In this document: piece after piece, positions 63,604-64,000 of the stretch
How positions within the stretch are numbered: the first letter of the stretch is position 1
Layout: the number at the start of each line of letters is the position of its first letter
Source of the DNA: an uncultured Verrucomicrobia subdivision 3 bacterium
GTDB taxonomy: Bacteria > Verrucomicrobiota > Verrucomicrobiia > Limisphaerales > UBA11358
Assembly: GCA_903918885.1 (NCBI GenBank)
Contig: CAIXFY010000027.1
Span: 76,542-140,541, forward strand
DNA: 64,000 nt
Reading direction: 5' to 3'
Made by a program: the position numbers and the translations under genes
The notes under the pieces: model-generated
Databases searched by the model: none
Told to the model about the DNA's origin: nothing
Seen by the model: only the letters and a program-made list of their open reading frames with translations

Positions 63604-64000
63604 TCACAATGCAACAGTTTTCCCGCTGCGCCCGGCCTCAAGACATGCGTCCAAAACTTTTTGCGTCTGCCGCGCCCACATCGGCCAGTCCTCATTCAAT
63701 TTACCGGAGAAAATTTGGTTGGCAAAATTACGCCACATCCGTGTGTCTTGCGCGGTGGCGTGGCCGAAGCTGCCGGGGTCGGCACCGGGCGGGCATTTGA
63801 CATCAGATTCCGCACGCACTTCGGCGCCATTGAGGTCAAACGCCGATTCGTAGGTGTTGCGGGGGTGGACGAAATCAGGCAGCCGCAGCCAGCCGTTGCG
63901 GCCGCCGACGGTGACCCATTGCTGCTTGGCGGTGAGAAAGGAACTGTAAAATTCCGCCGAGACGCCGTCGTCAAAAAACAGCTCGGCGGAGAATTCCGTC
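63604..64000 (-). CDS. Gfo/Idh/MocA-family oxidoreductase, C-terminal part (5' end outside window)
   Basis: My own translation of the minus strand is open from the window edge: TEFSAELFFDDGVSAEFYSSFLTAKQQWVTVGGRNGWLRLPDF...WARQTQKVLDACLEAGRSGKTVAL*. This extends the 71-aa ORF 63604-63819. The family call is from general pattern only. Confidence 0.55.
   Translation of the reverse strand, partial: TEFSAELFFDDGVSAEFYSSFLTAKQQWVTVGGRNGWLRLPDFVHPRNTYESAFDLNGAEVRAESDVKCPPGADPGSFGHATAQDTRMWRNFANQIFSGKLNEDWPMWARQTQKVLDACLEAGRSGKTVAL

Noticed and set aside
63696-63974. 92-aa minus-strand ORF (MTTASRRNFTVPF...).
   Set aside because: It has a Pro/Ala/Ser/Thr-rich shadow composition. Another minus-strand frame is open to the window edge and gives an oxidoreductase-like sequence ending at 63604.

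Overview
This 64-kb chromosomal window is probably from a PVC-superphylum bacterium. It looks Verrucomicrobiota-like, an inference from an Amuc_1100-like pilus locus, a PEP-CTERM protein, and giant Calx-beta/delta-60 proteins. I saw no rRNA, tRNA or CRISPR array.

Layout:
1. 9-25141 is one co-directional + strand array with tiny or overlapping gene junctions.
- It starts with pilus-assembly genes, including a secretin with extreme poly-Gly tracts.
- A stand-alone 5'-3' exonuclease follows.
- Next come five very large secreted proteins: a 7-repeat propeller protein, a He_PIG-tailed protein, a beta-helix-like protein, a 2857-aa Calx-beta/delta-60 giant, and an S53 sedolisin-type peptidase.
- coaE is last, and the array closes with a clean intrinsic terminator at 25267-25301.
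2. 25385-28770 holds glgB, xth and a hemerythrin-domain gene.
3. 28918-38230 is an accessory island of about 9.3 kb.
- It encodes a tyrosine recombinase, an Xis-like HTH protein, a small HUH rolling-circle Rep, a divergent XRE regulator pair and small orphan ORFs.
- Its cargo operon encodes a 1065-aa four-Calx-beta protein and a PEP-CTERM protein.
- A 12-bp direct repeat bounds it, and it appears to sit inside a palindromic intergenic element downstream of gcvP.
4. 38245-64000 is housekeeping.
- 38245-53172: gcvP, gyrB, gyrA, a DUF481 outer-membrane protein, pdxH, a membrane protein, and a 1441-aa GH13 + debranching-enzyme fusion.
- 53260-58693: a TPR/T2SSE_N protein with pilB, an orphan secreted protein, an FmdB zinc ribbon, and cysS.
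- 58734-64000: tmk, a small DUF4404-like ORF, plsC, cmk, aroA, tyrA, and a partial Gfo/Idh/MocA oxidoreductase.

Observations most worth a second look:
- The integrase + HUH-Rep island, its end motifs, and the reconstructed target hairpin.
- A 66-nt palindromic repeat element sitting in frame inside aroA.
- A family of short-period (7-10 nt) repeats occupying intercistronic spacers, one other coding sequence, and the tmk start codon.
- The secreted-giant-protein cluster, in which three proteins share a C-terminal ...W...FYR(V/A) module.

All homology statements come from reading motifs by eye. No searches were run.
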